Positions 18,082 through 27,526 of a stretch of DNA of 64,000 nucleotides are shown in pieces. Location: NCBI GenBank assembly GCA_026391795.1, contig JAPLDI010000033.1, positions 1,598 to 65,597 of the forward strand, given 5' to 3'. The DNA is from Bacteroidota bacterium. Its GTDB lineage: Bacteria > Bacteroidota > Bacteroidia > Bacteroidales > FEN-979. Position numbers and translations under genes: made by a program. The notes below the pieces were generated by a model, which was not told the origin of the DNA, searched no databases, and worked only from the letters and a program-made list of their open reading frames with translations. Numbering within the stretch: position 1 is the first letter of the stretch; each line of letters begins with the position of its first letter.

Positions 18082-18537
18082 TCATAAAGAACGACGGCAT
18101 CTCCGCTGTTGCTGTTGTTCGGGAATCCGGTCCAGACAGTACTGCTCGCCAGGGGGCCGAACCTGGAAGTAATGATTCGGACCTACATCTCCATGGGTAT
18201 CGGGAGGGATGTAAGCGCCGCTGCCTACACCTTCAAAGTTTGCAATCGTGGTATCGGTCAGGATCTTCCCTGTATAATTCTGAAGCGACGGGTCGGTGTA
18301 ACCCTGGCCGGGCAACGGTTGTGTATCCGGATTTCCGAAGTTGAAATTGTTTCTGACAATACCGTCTTTCCAGGAAGGATCCTCTTTCATCGTTTTCAGG
18401 AATGCCATGTCGCGCAGCGGCGGAGAGATGTCAAAATAAACCGGGCTTTGAACGCTGGAGGGCCGGTAGAGCGGCTGCTGGGCAAATGAACCAAAGGCAA
18501 CAAAAAGAAGTAGGAAAAGGATGTTTCGTGTTTTCAT
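18082..18537 (-). CDS. N-terminal signal-peptide segment of the same interrupted T9SS cargo gene
   Basis: MKTRNILFLLLFVAFGSFAQ ... PPDTHGDVGPNHYFQ. Plausible protein sequence then degenerates into QQQQRRCRRSL before the stop. Confidence 0.6.
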   Translation of the reverse strand: MKTRNILFLLLFVAFGSFAQQPLYRPSSVQSPVYFDISPPLRDMAFLKTMKEDPSWKDGIVRNNFNFGNPDTQPLPGQGYTDPSLQNYTGKILTDTTIANFEGVGSGAYIPPDTHGDVGPNHYFQVRPPGEQYCLDRIPEQQQQRRCRRSL

Positions 18538-18663
18538 GAAGTATGAAGGATAAAATTGTTTTCAGATTCCGGATTCATCTTTTATAAAAAAGAGGCATGG
18601 TTTTTAGAAAAATCCCACGCCTCAGTTTCCGTTAACAAAGGTAGACAATTATAGTTACGAATA

Positions 18664-18693
18664 GCAGGAATTTTCAATTCCGAAAATTCCTGC
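18664..18693 (-). terminator. 12-bp hairpin downstream of rhlE
   Basis: GCAGGAATTTTC (18664-18675) / GAAAATTCCTGC (18682-18693) with a 6-nt loop. The trailing sequence is only moderately U-rich. Confidence 0.45.
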
Positions 18694-18721
18694 CGCGTCA
18701 CGCGTCACGCGTTACGCGTTA
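18694..18721. repeat. (ACGCGTN)-family heptamer tract
   Basis: CGCGTCA CGCGTCA CGCGTTA CGCGTTA, 8 nt from the rhlE stop. Confidence 0.85.
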
Positions 18722-18728
18722 CTAATTT

Positions 18729-19925
18729 TTACCTTCTCCGCCACCTGCTGGTTTTTGCCTTGACAACCGGTTCGGGTGCAGCTCCGTGCTTCATCGGGAA
18801 AGGATGATCCTCCACTACCGGGATTTGCCCGGAAATGAGCTTATGGATATCCTTGAGGTATTCACGTTCTTCCGTATCGCAGAATGAGAGTGCAATACCG
18901 TTAATCCCTGCGCGGCCAGTTCTACCGATACGGTGAACGTACGTTTCGGGGATGTTGGGTATCTCGTAATTGATAACATGCGACAGCTGTTCCACGTCGA
19001 TCCCCCTGGAGGCAATGTCGGTGGCAACCAGCACCCGTGTCTTTTTATTCTTGAAATTGTTCAGTGCATCCTGACGGGCGCCCTGCGATTTGTTGCCATG
19101 GATGGCGGAAGCTTTTATCCCTGCTTTCACCAGATCCCGGCTCACTTTGTCGGCTCCATGTTTAGTACGGGTGAAGATCAGCGCCGAATCAATGGATTTA
19201 TCCTGCAACAGATGGATCAGAAGATGCCTCTTGTCGGGTTTGTCTACGAAATAGAGGGATTGTTTGATCAGGTTCGTGGTAGCCACAACCGGAACGATCT
19301 CAACTTTCACAGGTTTTACAAGGATTGTTGCTGCCAGTTTCTGGATCTCCGGCGGCATGGTGGCGGAAAAGAACAGCGACTGCCGTTTTGCAGGCAGCTT
19401 TGCGATGATCTTTTTCACATCATGGATAAAGCCCATATCGAGCATCCGGTCGGCTTCATCAAGCACAAAGAACTGGATGTTCTGTAGCGTCATCAAATGC
19501 TGGTCGATAAGGTCCAGGAGCCTCCCGGGGGTGGCAACCAGGATGTCGATCCCGTTTTTAAGTGCATTGACCTGACCATGTTGCGACACCCCGCCGAAAA
19601 TGACGGTATGCCTGAGGCCTGTGTGTTTTCCATAGGCGGAAAAACTTTCACCGATCTGGATTGCCAGTTCCCGTGTCGGTGTTACGATGAGCGCCTTGAT
19701 TTGCCTTTTGCCATTGCCATTCGAAAGATTTCCAGACAAAAGCTGCAGGATCGGAATCGCAAAAGCGGCCGTTTTTCCTGTGCCTGTCTGGGCACAGCCC
19801 ATAAGGTCATGCCCTTTGAGCAGGACGGGAATGGCCTGTTCCTGGATCGGAGTAGGCTCTGTGTATCCTTCGGCTTTTACGGCACGGAGGATGGGTTCAA
19901 TAAGATTTAAATTTTCAAAAGTCAT
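18729..19925 (-). CDS. rhlE: DEAD-box ATP-dependent RNA helicase
   Basis: Motifs [18 protein letters not shown] ([13 protein letters not shown]), [13 protein letters not shown]. Basic C-terminal tail. Confidence 0.9.
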   Translation of the reverse strand: MTFENLNLIEPILRAVKAEGYTEPTPIQEQAIPVLLKGHDLMGCAQTGTGKTAAFAIPILQLLSGNLSNGNGKRQIKALIVTPTRELAIQIGESFSAYGKHTGLRHTVIFGGVSQHGQVNALKNGIDILVATPGRLLDLIDQHLMTLQNIQFFVLDEADRMLDMGFIHDVKKIIAKLPAKRQSLFFSATMPPEIQKLAATILVKPVKVEIVPVVATTNLIKQSLYFVDKPDKRHLLIHLLQDKSIDSALIFTRTKHGADKVSRDLVKAGIKASAIHGNKSQGARQDALNNFKNKKTRVLVATDIASRGIDVEQLSHVINYEIPNIPETYVHRIGRTGRAGINGIALSFCDTEEREYLKDIHKLISGQIPVVEDHPFPMKHGAAPEPVVKAKTSRWRRR

Positions 19926-20201
19926 TAGATAGAATTTAAGAAATGCTGCATAGATATACTCCCGGATGCACCGGCAGCATGACGGTACAATCAGGATTCT
20001 ATTCTTTAAACTGCCATTGAACTCTGAAACGACAGTTCACAAAAACTTGTAAAAGTTATGGGATTATCCGGGGTCGTTTGGGATGGATAATGGGAGGAAT
20101 AAGTTTTGCAAAGGTAATCATTATTTCATTGCTCCGACAAAAACGATACGCCTGATCCCTTTCAACTAAGGTATGTACTTGATATCCATATAAAAATAAG
20201 T

Positions 20202-20209
20202 TATATTTG
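20202..20209 (+). promoter_or_regulatory. Bacteroidota sigma-A type -7 box (TATATTTG)
   Basis: Exact match to the TAnnTTTG consensus, about 70 nt upstream of ATG 20281. Confidence 0.5.
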
Positions 20210-20280
20210 CTTTGGATATGTAACAAGCAGGGGAAATGTCGGAAAACAGAAAATTTTCCTTAAATCAAAAGATCAATCCG

Positions 20281-22764
20281 ATGAAAAAAATCCTTCTTTC
20301 TCTCTTTTGTTCTTTGCTCCTTGCTCCATACACGATGGCGCAGCAGCTCGTTTCCGGGAAACCGCATGCAAACTCCCAGACTTCCGGTTATGTGAAGTCA
20401 GCCACTTCCGATCCGGGCGACATATTCTGGGATGACCAGTTCGGCCCAACTGCGCTTTCAGGCAACGGTGACCTGCCTGTTTATGCCAGTGTTGTGGATG
20501 GAAATAATCTTTATCTCGCAGGGGATTTCCTCTATGCCGGCGGACTTATCGTGAATCACATTGTGAAATGGGACGGAACGCACTGGTCGGCCCTGGGGAT
20601 AGGTATGAATGACAGGATAACCGCTATTGCCATGCATAACGGATTTCTATACGCCGGTGGATGGTTTACCAGGGCAGGCAATGTTGCAGCAAACCATATT
20701 GCCCGGTGGGATGGAACCCAGTGGTCGGCACTGGGAGGTGGAATAACAGGGGCCGACTGGTGGACGACTGTAAATGCCATTGCATTTATCGGGAATGATG
20801 TATATGCCGGGGGCGATTTCAACCATGCCGGCGGGATCGCTGTCAGCAACCTGGCAGAATGGGACGGTTCACAATGGTCAGGAGTAAATGGTGGTGTGGA
20901 GGGTGTCGTCAATACCCTTGCAGTTCTGGGAACCGATTTATATGTGGGCGGTGAGTTTGGATATGCAGGAGCTTATCCCAATGGCACCTATGCAGCTTGT
21001 ATTGCAAGGTTTGATGGTTCACAATGGTATCCACTGGGTAGCGGAATGGACGATTATGTATTAACGATAACCTTTCATGGAACCGATCTTTATGCAGGGG
21101 GATTCTTTACAACTTCCGGCGGAATCGCTACAAATTATATCGCAAAATGGGATGGTTCCCAATGGTCTTCACTCAATAGCACCATGTTCGGACCGGCTGA
21201 TGAGACTTCTGTCCATTCCATTGCTTTTATCGGAAATGACCTTTATGCCGGAGGATCCTATTCAATTTCCGGTCCTCCTTATCCCTACGACCTGCAGAAT
21301 ATTGCCAAATGGAACGGGACGGAATGGTCGGCTGTAGGAATGGGATTTCAGGGATACGACTGGTACACTACGGTATATACGCTGGCTGTTGAAGGAACGA
21401 CAATCTATGCCGGCGGGTATTTCGCCCGCGCAGGGGTTGAATATCTTCATAATATCGGCCGGTTCGACGGAAACCAGTGGGTGCAGTTCGGTAACGGATT
21501 CGGTGAAGGAATGGACAACCAGGTCACTTCGATGTCGGTAGTTGGAAACGATATCTATGCGGGCGGGTCTTTTACAAGGGCTGGCGACACCCCGGCCAAT
21601 TATATTGCAAAATGGGATGGAACCCAATGGAGCCAGCCCGACGGTGGTGCATCGGGGGATGTTTATGCCACCCTGGCTGTCGGTTCCGATCTCTACATTG
21701 CCGGTTCTTTTACCCTGGTGGGCACAAACCCAAACGAGGTGGAGGCACAGGGTGTCGCAAAGTGGAATGGGTCGCAATGGATCTCCCTCAGCCCGTATCC
21801 TGATTTCTGGACCATGCTTTCACTCACGAGTCATGGGGGTGATGTTTATGCAGGCGGCAATATCGGGTATCTTGATAAGTGGGACGGGTCGCAGTGGACC
21901 AGTGTTGGTGGCGGCACGAACGGCTATGAAGGCGTAAAAGCCATGACGTTCATCGGGAATGACCTTTATGCCGGCGGTGATTTTACCCAGGCTGGCGGTA
22001 TCGATGCCAACTATATCGCAAAATGGGATGGCTCCCAATGGTCACCCCTGGGAAGCGGGACAAATGGACAGGTCCGTGCTCTGCTTGCAGTGGGTAGTGA
22101 TCTGATTGTGGGAGGCGACTTCACAACCGCCGGCGGCGGTCCTGCAAATTACATTGCAAAGTGGGATGGGACTGCCTGGAGTGAATTCGGAGGCGGAATG
22201 GATGGATGGGTAAGGTCTTTGGTCCTGATCAATGGTGAGATCGTGGCCGGTGGTAGTTTTACAAAGGCCGGCACTGACAGCATCAACAGGCTTGCCAGGT
22301 GGACCGGTTCGCATTGGGAGAAGTACGGAAGCGGGATGACCCCAAGCCAGTGGGGGAACCCGATTGTTCAGACGATCGTGCCTTTGGGAGATGATATTTA
22401 TTGCGGTGGGACCTTTGAAGTGGCTGGCGGAAAGCCTGCATCGTTCCTGGCAAAATGGAGAAAATGGCCGGTTGGAACTGTTGATCCGGGAAATACCGGT
22501 TCAGCATTGAATCTGCAAAATCAACCCAACCCGTTTAGCCAGTCAACCGTGATCAGCTGGCAGTCGCCCAATGGCGGTCATGTTGTTCTTACCGTGTTTG
22601 ATCCTGTCGGAAAAGAGATCCGAACGCTGGTGGAAGACGATATGCCTCCCGGTGAGCACCGGGTTATCTTTAATGCATCAGGTTTGCCGGCCGGGGTTTA
22701 TTTTTACCGGCTTAAGGTGAATGGGATCATAGAAACACGAAAGATGATTTGTTCAAACCCCTAG
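20281..22764 (+). CDS. Secreted multi-repeat (WDG..WS.LG) beta-propeller-like protein with T9SS C-terminal sorting domain
   Basis: Signal peptide MKKILLSLFCSLLLAPYTMAQ. About 14 repeats of I(A/V)KWDGSQWS.LG.G...DLYAGG.F..AGG. CTD: QPNPFSQSTVISW...GVYFYRLKV. An upstream ATG at 20236 is possible. Confidence 0.75.
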   Translation: MKKILLSLFCSLLLAPYTMAQQLVSGKPHANSQTSGYVKSATSDPGDIFWDDQFGPTALSGNGDLPVYASVVDGNNLYLAGDFLYAGGLIVNHIVKWDGTHWSALGIGMNDRITAIAMHNGFLYAGGWFTRAGNVAANHIARWDGTQWSALGGGITGADWWTTVNAIAFIGNDVYAGGDFNHAGGIAVSNLAEWDGSQWSGVNGGVEGVVNTLAVLGTDLYVGGEFGYAGAYPNGTYAACIARFDGSQWYPLGSGMDDYVLTITFHGTDLYAGGFFTTSGGIATNYIAKWDGSQWSSLNSTMFGPADETSVHSIAFIGNDLYAGGSYSISGPPYPYDLQNIAKWNGTEWSAVGMGFQGYDWYTTVYTLAVEGTTIYAGGYFARAGVEYLHNIGRFDGNQWVQFGNGFGEGMDNQVTSMSVVGNDIYAGGSFTRAGDTPANYIAKWDGTQWSQPDGGASGDVYATLAVGSDLYIAGSFTLVGTNPNEVEAQGVAKWNGSQWISLSPYPDFWTMLSLTSHGGDVYAGGNIGYLDKWDGSQWTSVGGGTNGYEGVKAMTFIGNDLYAGGDFTQAGGIDANYIAKWDGSQWSPLGSGTNGQVRALLAVGSDLIVGGDFTTAGGGPANYIAKWDGTAWSEFGGGMDGWVRSLVLINGEIVAGGSFTKAGTDSINRLARWTGSHWEKYGSGMTPSQWGNPIVQTIVPLGDDIYCGGTFEVAGGKPASFLAKWRKWPVGTVDPGNTGSALNLQNQPNPFSQSTVISWQSPNGGHVVLTVFDPVGKEIRTLVEDDMPPGEHRVIFNASGLPAGVYFYRLKVNGIIETRKMICSNP

Positions 22765-22851
22765 TGCAAAAAAAACTCCGGGAATTAAGTGTGGATTGAC
22801 AGTCCCTAACGGTTAACCCCGTTAAAAGACGTTTCAAAGCTCTGCGAACCG

Positions 22852-22893
22852 TAAAACGTAATGAGTAACGTGTAACGCGTGACGCGTCACGCT
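22852..22893. repeat. (ACGCGTN)-family heptamer tract
   Basis: TAAAACG TAATGAG TAACGTG TAACGCG TGACGCG TCACGCT, downstream of the stop at 22764. Confidence 0.7.
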
Positions 22894-22897
22894 TTTT
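22877..22897 (+). terminator. Palindrome plus T5 at the end of an (ACGCGTN)n tract, downstream of 20281-22764
   Basis: GCGTGACGCGTCACGC is a perfect 16-nt palindrome (22877-22892) followed by TTTTT (22893-22897). Confidence 0.5.
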
Positions 22898-22966
22898 CTT
22901 CCAAATCTTTCCATTGCATTCAGCTTTCCGCTACCTTTGCTCCGCCATTATTTAAACCAATCTCAG

Positions 22967-25921
22967 ATGAATTCAGTAAGAAATCTACTCATTGCTGCCT
23001 CTATCTCCTTATTCCTGGTTCCTTTCACTGTTGCAGCCCAGTGGAGCACCGATCCTGCCGTTAATAACCAGATATGCGGCCTTGCAGGCGAAGATGCGCT
23101 GCCCAAAATAGCCACCTGTACGAGTAATAATGACTCCTATTTTGGCTTTTTTGCGAGTGAAAGTGGTAATTATAATGTCCGTTTGCAGCGCCTTGATGCG
23201 CAGGGGAACCCCCTCTGGTCGACGAATGGAATTCTGATCAGCAATCATCTGCAGAACACATGGCTTACCGATTGGGACATGACCGTAGACAATGCCAACC
23301 ATGCCATCCTTGCTTTTAATGACATCCGAAGCGGAGGGAACATGAACGTGGTGGTTTACCGCATATCGCCAACCGGAACCTTTGCCTGGGGTGCCGACGG
23401 GATCCTTCTTTCGAATACCACGGCCATGAATGCCTCGCCAAAAGTGGTCGCCACTGCAGCCGGAAATGTTGTCGTTGCATGGCAGGCCGACAATGTCATC
23501 ATCATGCAAAAGATCAGCCCTGCGGGAGTGCTTCTCTGGGGCCCCAGCGGAATCACCCTGACATCGGCAAACCGGCTCAGCTGGCCGCAACTCTTACCCG
23601 TTGGCACGGATGATGTGATCATGAAATATTTCGACGACAGCGGACCGGTAAATGCCCCAGTTCGTCATGTATTCGCCCAGCGGTACAATTCATCCGGCGC
23701 TCCGGTATGGTCAGCTGCTGCAGCAATCTCGCTGGCAGGGGGGATCTCTGCCTGGACCCAGATATTTCCTTTTATCAATGACGGCAGCGACGGTTTCTAT
23801 ATCTGCTGGAACGACGATCGTGACAACAACCAGCGCTCGAGTGTCTTTGTACAACATGTCAACTCTTCAGGGGTTACCCAGTTCACTGCCAACGGCGTGG
23901 AAGTCACCAATGCTTCGACCATGAACCACTATTATCCTCAAATGGCCCTCCCCCCCGGTTCGACAGACGTTTATGTTTTCTGGAATGAGATGAACGGCAA
24001 CCAGGATAACTGGGGCATCAACGGGCAGAAAGTGAACGCTTCAGGAGCCAATCAGTGGGGCGCTACCGGCATGGTCTTTATTCCCCTCTCCGCAACCAAT
24101 GTATATCCTTATGAGGCACGCTGCAGTCCTGCAGATGTTGTTCTGTTTTATGAACAATACAGCGGGTCCGTCAGCGGGCTCATCAAGGCCATGCGCATTT
24201 CTCCGACCGGTAGTTACCTCTGGACACCCAACCAGAAGACCATGTGCTCCGTGCTTTCGGAAAAAATCCATCCCGTGATCAATGAATTCGGAAACAACCA
24301 GTGGATCGCCTGCTGGGAAGACGCCCGGAATGCATCAACGGATATCTATGCACAAAACATCCAGCTGAACGGCGACCTGGGCCCCTACTATCCTACCTAT
24401 GGAACGATTGCAGGGACCATTACCCTGAACGGTGGCACAGGTAATGTTACCCAGGTGCTTGTACAGGCCGGTACCTATACAACCAACCCCGATGCCGCCG
24501 GGCATTATTCGATGGTGGTGCTGACCGACACCTACACCGTGACTGCCAGCCTTGGAGGTTATACATCCGCCAGCCAGTCGAATGTGGTGGTGCTGACCAA
24601 CAGTACTACCACCGTAAACCTCACACTGAACCATATACCGGTAGGAACCATCAACGGAATGGTGACACTGACAAACGGATCCGGCAGCATTGTCCTGGTG
24701 CAGGTGCATGCAGGAACCGCGATAACGAATCCTGATGCCACCGGCCATTACTCAATGCAGGTTTCGCCGGGAACCTATAACGTTATTGCTACCCTCACCG
24801 CATACATCCCTGATACGGTTTATAACGTGGTCGTGGCCGACGGACAAACCGTCAACAACATCAATCTTTTCCTTACCCTTGCCCCGACCAATGGTCTCAT
24901 CACAGGCACCGTGACCCTGAACGGGGGAGCAGGGGATGTCACCCAGACGATTGTCAATGCGGCCGGGTATTATACCAACCCCAATTCCAGCGGCTTTTAC
25001 ACACTCGATGTGGTTGCCGGAAACTATGATGTTTATGCGAACCTTACAGGGTACCTTCCCCAGATGATCAGCGGAGTGAGCGTTCTTGTGGGACAGACAA
25101 CCGCAAACATCAACTTCACCCTCGATCCTGCGGGAACCTCAGGCACTATCTACGGGCATGTGACGATCACGGGAGGGAGTGCCGATGTTACCCAGACCAG
25201 TGTCACCGCGGGATCCTATTCCACTCATCCGGATGCGGCAGGAGATTACAGCCTCCTCGTTCCTGCCGGAACCTATTCAGTCACTGCAACTCATCCCTAT
25301 ACTACCTCCGAAACCATCCAGAATGTGGTGGTTACTTCGGGCGGCAGTACCAACGGGGTCAACTTCAACCTGGTTGTCAACCGGGCCGACCTGGTTTGCA
25401 TTGCGAAGGATCAGTCCGGAATATTCCTTAACAACGTAGATCTGAACATCGATGGACCCGAAGGACCCTACACGGGAACAATCCTCAATGACTCCATGAC
25501 GTTCTTCCATGTTCCTTACGGAGTATATCACGGGGTTGCTGTATATTCCGTTTTTGCACCAGCAACGTGCGACACAACGGTGGGCGCCGGCAACCATCAT
25601 ATGGTGTTCTGGATCGTGCTTGAAGGAGTGAATGAGAATAGCAAAGGCAACAGCCTTCAGGTCAATCCGAATCCCGCCGGTTCCGGCAGTGTCATCTCAT
25701 TTTCATTTTCCGCAGCCGGGATCTATTCATTTGAACTTTTCGATAGCAGGGGAATTCGAACCGGTGCGGTTAAAGCTCACTCTTTTTCCTCCGGGAAACA
25801 CCAGGTTTCTTTATCCTCTGTAACAGGAGCTGAAAGTATTGTTCAGGGATTTTATCTGCTGAAGATGCTGGGTGAAGATGGTTCCGTGAGTACCTGTAAG
25901 TTTGTGTACGGGGGGAAATAA
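22967..25921 (+). CDS. Secreted protein with about 5 carboxypeptidase-regulatory-like repeats and a T9SS C-terminal sorting domain
   Basis: Signal peptide MNSVRNLLIAASISLFLVPFTVAAQ. Repeats of G.(I/V)TL.GG.G.VT...V.AG...TNPD..G.YS. CTD: NPNPAGSGSVISF...GFYLLKM. The ORF-track start at 22937 is a TTG. Confidence 0.75.
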   Translation: MNSVRNLLIAASISLFLVPFTVAAQWSTDPAVNNQICGLAGEDALPKIATCTSNNDSYFGFFASESGNYNVRLQRLDAQGNPLWSTNGILISNHLQNTWLTDWDMTVDNANHAILAFNDIRSGGNMNVVVYRISPTGTFAWGADGILLSNTTAMNASPKVVATAAGNVVVAWQADNVIIMQKISPAGVLLWGPSGITLTSANRLSWPQLLPVGTDDVIMKYFDDSGPVNAPVRHVFAQRYNSSGAPVWSAAAAISLAGGISAWTQIFPFINDGSDGFYICWNDDRDNNQRSSVFVQHVNSSGVTQFTANGVEVTNASTMNHYYPQMALPPGSTDVYVFWNEMNGNQDNWGINGQKVNASGANQWGATGMVFIPLSATNVYPYEARCSPADVVLFYEQYSGSVSGLIKAMRISPTGSYLWTPNQKTMCSVLSEKIHPVINEFGNNQWIACWEDARNASTDIYAQNIQLNGDLGPYYPTYGTIAGTITLNGGTGNVTQVLVQAGTYTTNPDAAGHYSMVVLTDTYTVTASLGGYTSASQSNVVVLTNSTTTVNLTLNHIPVGTINGMVTLTNGSGSIVLVQVHAGTAITNPDATGHYSMQVSPGTYNVIATLTAYIPDTVYNVVVADGQTVNNINLFLTLAPTNGLITGTVTLNGGAGDVTQTIVNAAGYYTNPNSSGFYTLDVVAGNYDVYANLTGYLPQMISGVSVLVGQTTANINFTLDPAGTSGTIYGHVTITGGSADVTQTSVTAGSYSTHPDAAGDYSLLVPAGTYSVTATHPYTTSETIQNVVVTSGGSTNGVNFNLVVNRADLVCIAKDQSGIFLNNVDLNIDGPEGPYTGTILNDSMTFFHVPYGVYHGVAVYSVFAPATCDTTVGAGNHHMVFWIVLEGVNENSKGNSLQVNPNPAGSGSVISFSFSAAGIYSFELFDSRGIRTGAVKAHSFSSGKHQVSLSSVTGAESIVQGFYLLKMLGEDGSVSTCKFVYGGK

Positions 25922-25924
25922 TTG

Positions 25925-25957
25925 TTACGCGTCACGCGTAACGCTAACGCGTTACGG
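25925..25957. repeat. (ACGCGTN)-family heptamer tract between convergent genes
   Basis: TTACGCG TCACGCG TAACGC TAACGCG TTACGG. 4 nt after the stop at 25921 and 23 nt from the stop at 25980. Confidence 0.75.
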
Positions 25958-25979
25958 TTGTTCTGGAACTAAGCTTCTA

Positions 25980-27308
25980 TCAGAAAAGTATCATGTATAC
26001 GGCTGCCCCGGCGAAGTATCCCAGCAGGGCAAGCAGTGCGAACCGCTTCAGGAACCAGAAGAAGGTGATTTTTTCCATTCCCATCGCGGCAACACCGGCT
26101 GCTGAACCGATGATCAGTATGCTGCCTCCCGTCCCCGAGGCATACGCCAGAAATTCCCAGAAGTAATGATCGGTAGGGTATACCGTAAGCGGGTACATCT
26201 TCTGTACGGCAGCTACCAGCGGCACATTGTCAACAATGGCTGAAAGGATTCCGATAACCAGGATGGTCACGCTCTGGTTCGGAATATTTTTCATCAGGTA
26301 CTCTGCCCAGGTGATCAGTATGCCGGATGATTGAAGTGCCGAAACACAAAGCAGGATTCCAAGGAAAAAGAGTATTGTGGAGGTGTCGATTTTCCGCAAG
26401 GCATGCACCACCGAGTAAGCCCCCTTATCCTTTTCATTTTTTTTCCGGTGCATGATCTCCGTCAATCCCCACATCATCCCCAGTGCAAGCAGCATCGGCA
26501 TAAAAGGAGGCAGATGGGTGATGGTTTTGAAAACAGGCACAAAAAGCAATAAAAACATTCCTGAGAAGAAGACCAGGCTCTTTTCAGATGGAAATATTTT
26601 GCTCTTCTTTACTTCGGAATCGGCAGGCCGGTCAATCAGTCCCGGTTTAATCATAAATGTGGCAATTGTCAGGGGGACCAATAAACAAACCAGGCTGGGC
26701 AGGATCAGTTTCAGGATAATATTCACAGCGGTGATCTGCTGACCGATCCAGAGCATGGTGGTTGAAACATCACCCATGGGTGACCATGCACCTCCTGCAT
26801 TTGCGGCAATAATGACGGCGCCTGCCATGAACCAGCGGTCGCGCTCCTCATTGAGAAGTTTGCGCGTAAGTGATACCATCACAATGGTAGTGGTGAGGTT
26901 GTCGAGGAGGGCAGATAAGAAGAAGGTGATGATGCAGATGATCCACAGTAGCTTCCGTCTGTTACGGGTCCGGATCCTTTCAGTGATGATGTCAAAGCCG
27001 TCATGGGAATCGATCAGTTCGACGATTGTCATGGCTCCTAAAAGAAAGAAGAGAATTCCGGAGATGTCGGCCATGTGTTCTCCGATGGCTTCCGTTACAG
27101 GCTCTTTTACGGGGCTGAAGAGGATGAAAATGGTCCAGGTCAGTGCACCGGCAATCAGGGCACTGGCAGCTTTGTTAACATGGATCTTATGCTCCGTTAC
27201 GATGGCAGCATACCCTGCAATGAAAGTAATAATGATTAGAATCTGGCTCATTCGAAAAGCAATTTCTTTCCAGGAATCAGGAGTTGTAACCGGCGATCTG
27301 TTAAACAA
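25980..27308 (-). CDS. nhaD: NhaD/ArsB-superfamily Na+/H+ antiporter
   Basis: Polytopic 442-aa membrane protein with paired SALLDNLTT and SAIVDNVPLVAA motifs typical of NhaD/ArsB/CitMHS permeases. Confidence 0.6.
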   Translation of the reverse strand: MFNRSPVTTPDSWKEIAFRMSQILIIITFIAGYAAIVTEHKIHVNKAASALIAGALTWTIFILFSPVKEPVTEAIGEHMADISGILFFLLGAMTIVELIDSHDGFDIITERIRTRNRRKLLWIICIITFFLSALLDNLTTTIVMVSLTRKLLNEERDRWFMAGAVIIAANAGGAWSPMGDVSTTMLWIGQQITAVNIILKLILPSLVCLLVPLTIATFMIKPGLIDRPADSEVKKSKIFPSEKSLVFFSGMFLLLFVPVFKTITHLPPFMPMLLALGMMWGLTEIMHRKKNEKDKGAYSVVHALRKIDTSTILFFLGILLCVSALQSSGILITWAEYLMKNIPNQSVTILVIGILSAIVDNVPLVAAVQKMYPLTVYPTDHYFWEFLAYASGTGGSILIIGSAAGVAAMGMEKITFFWFLKRFALLALLGYFAGAAVYMILF

Positions 27309-27526
27309 AAATAGTATATTTCATGCCTGTCACAAAGATTTTCCGGATAAAGTGTCCTGAGGGTCCGGTTGCATTCAGGCTTCCCGGTTTTCAAATTTCC
27401 GCAATAATGTGCATACACCTTGTTTTTTTTGTATATTGCGGATACCTATTCCTGCTGCGATCCATTTCAACATCTACTCTTGACAGATCAGTATTTTTCT
27501 TATCCAATTAACAAAGGAGGACAACC

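Noticed and set aside
26755-27360. 201-aa plus-strand ORF opposite the NhaD-like gene.
   Set aside because: It lies fully inside a well-supported polytopic transporter gene on the other strand. It has no motifs and looks like a typical shadow ORF.
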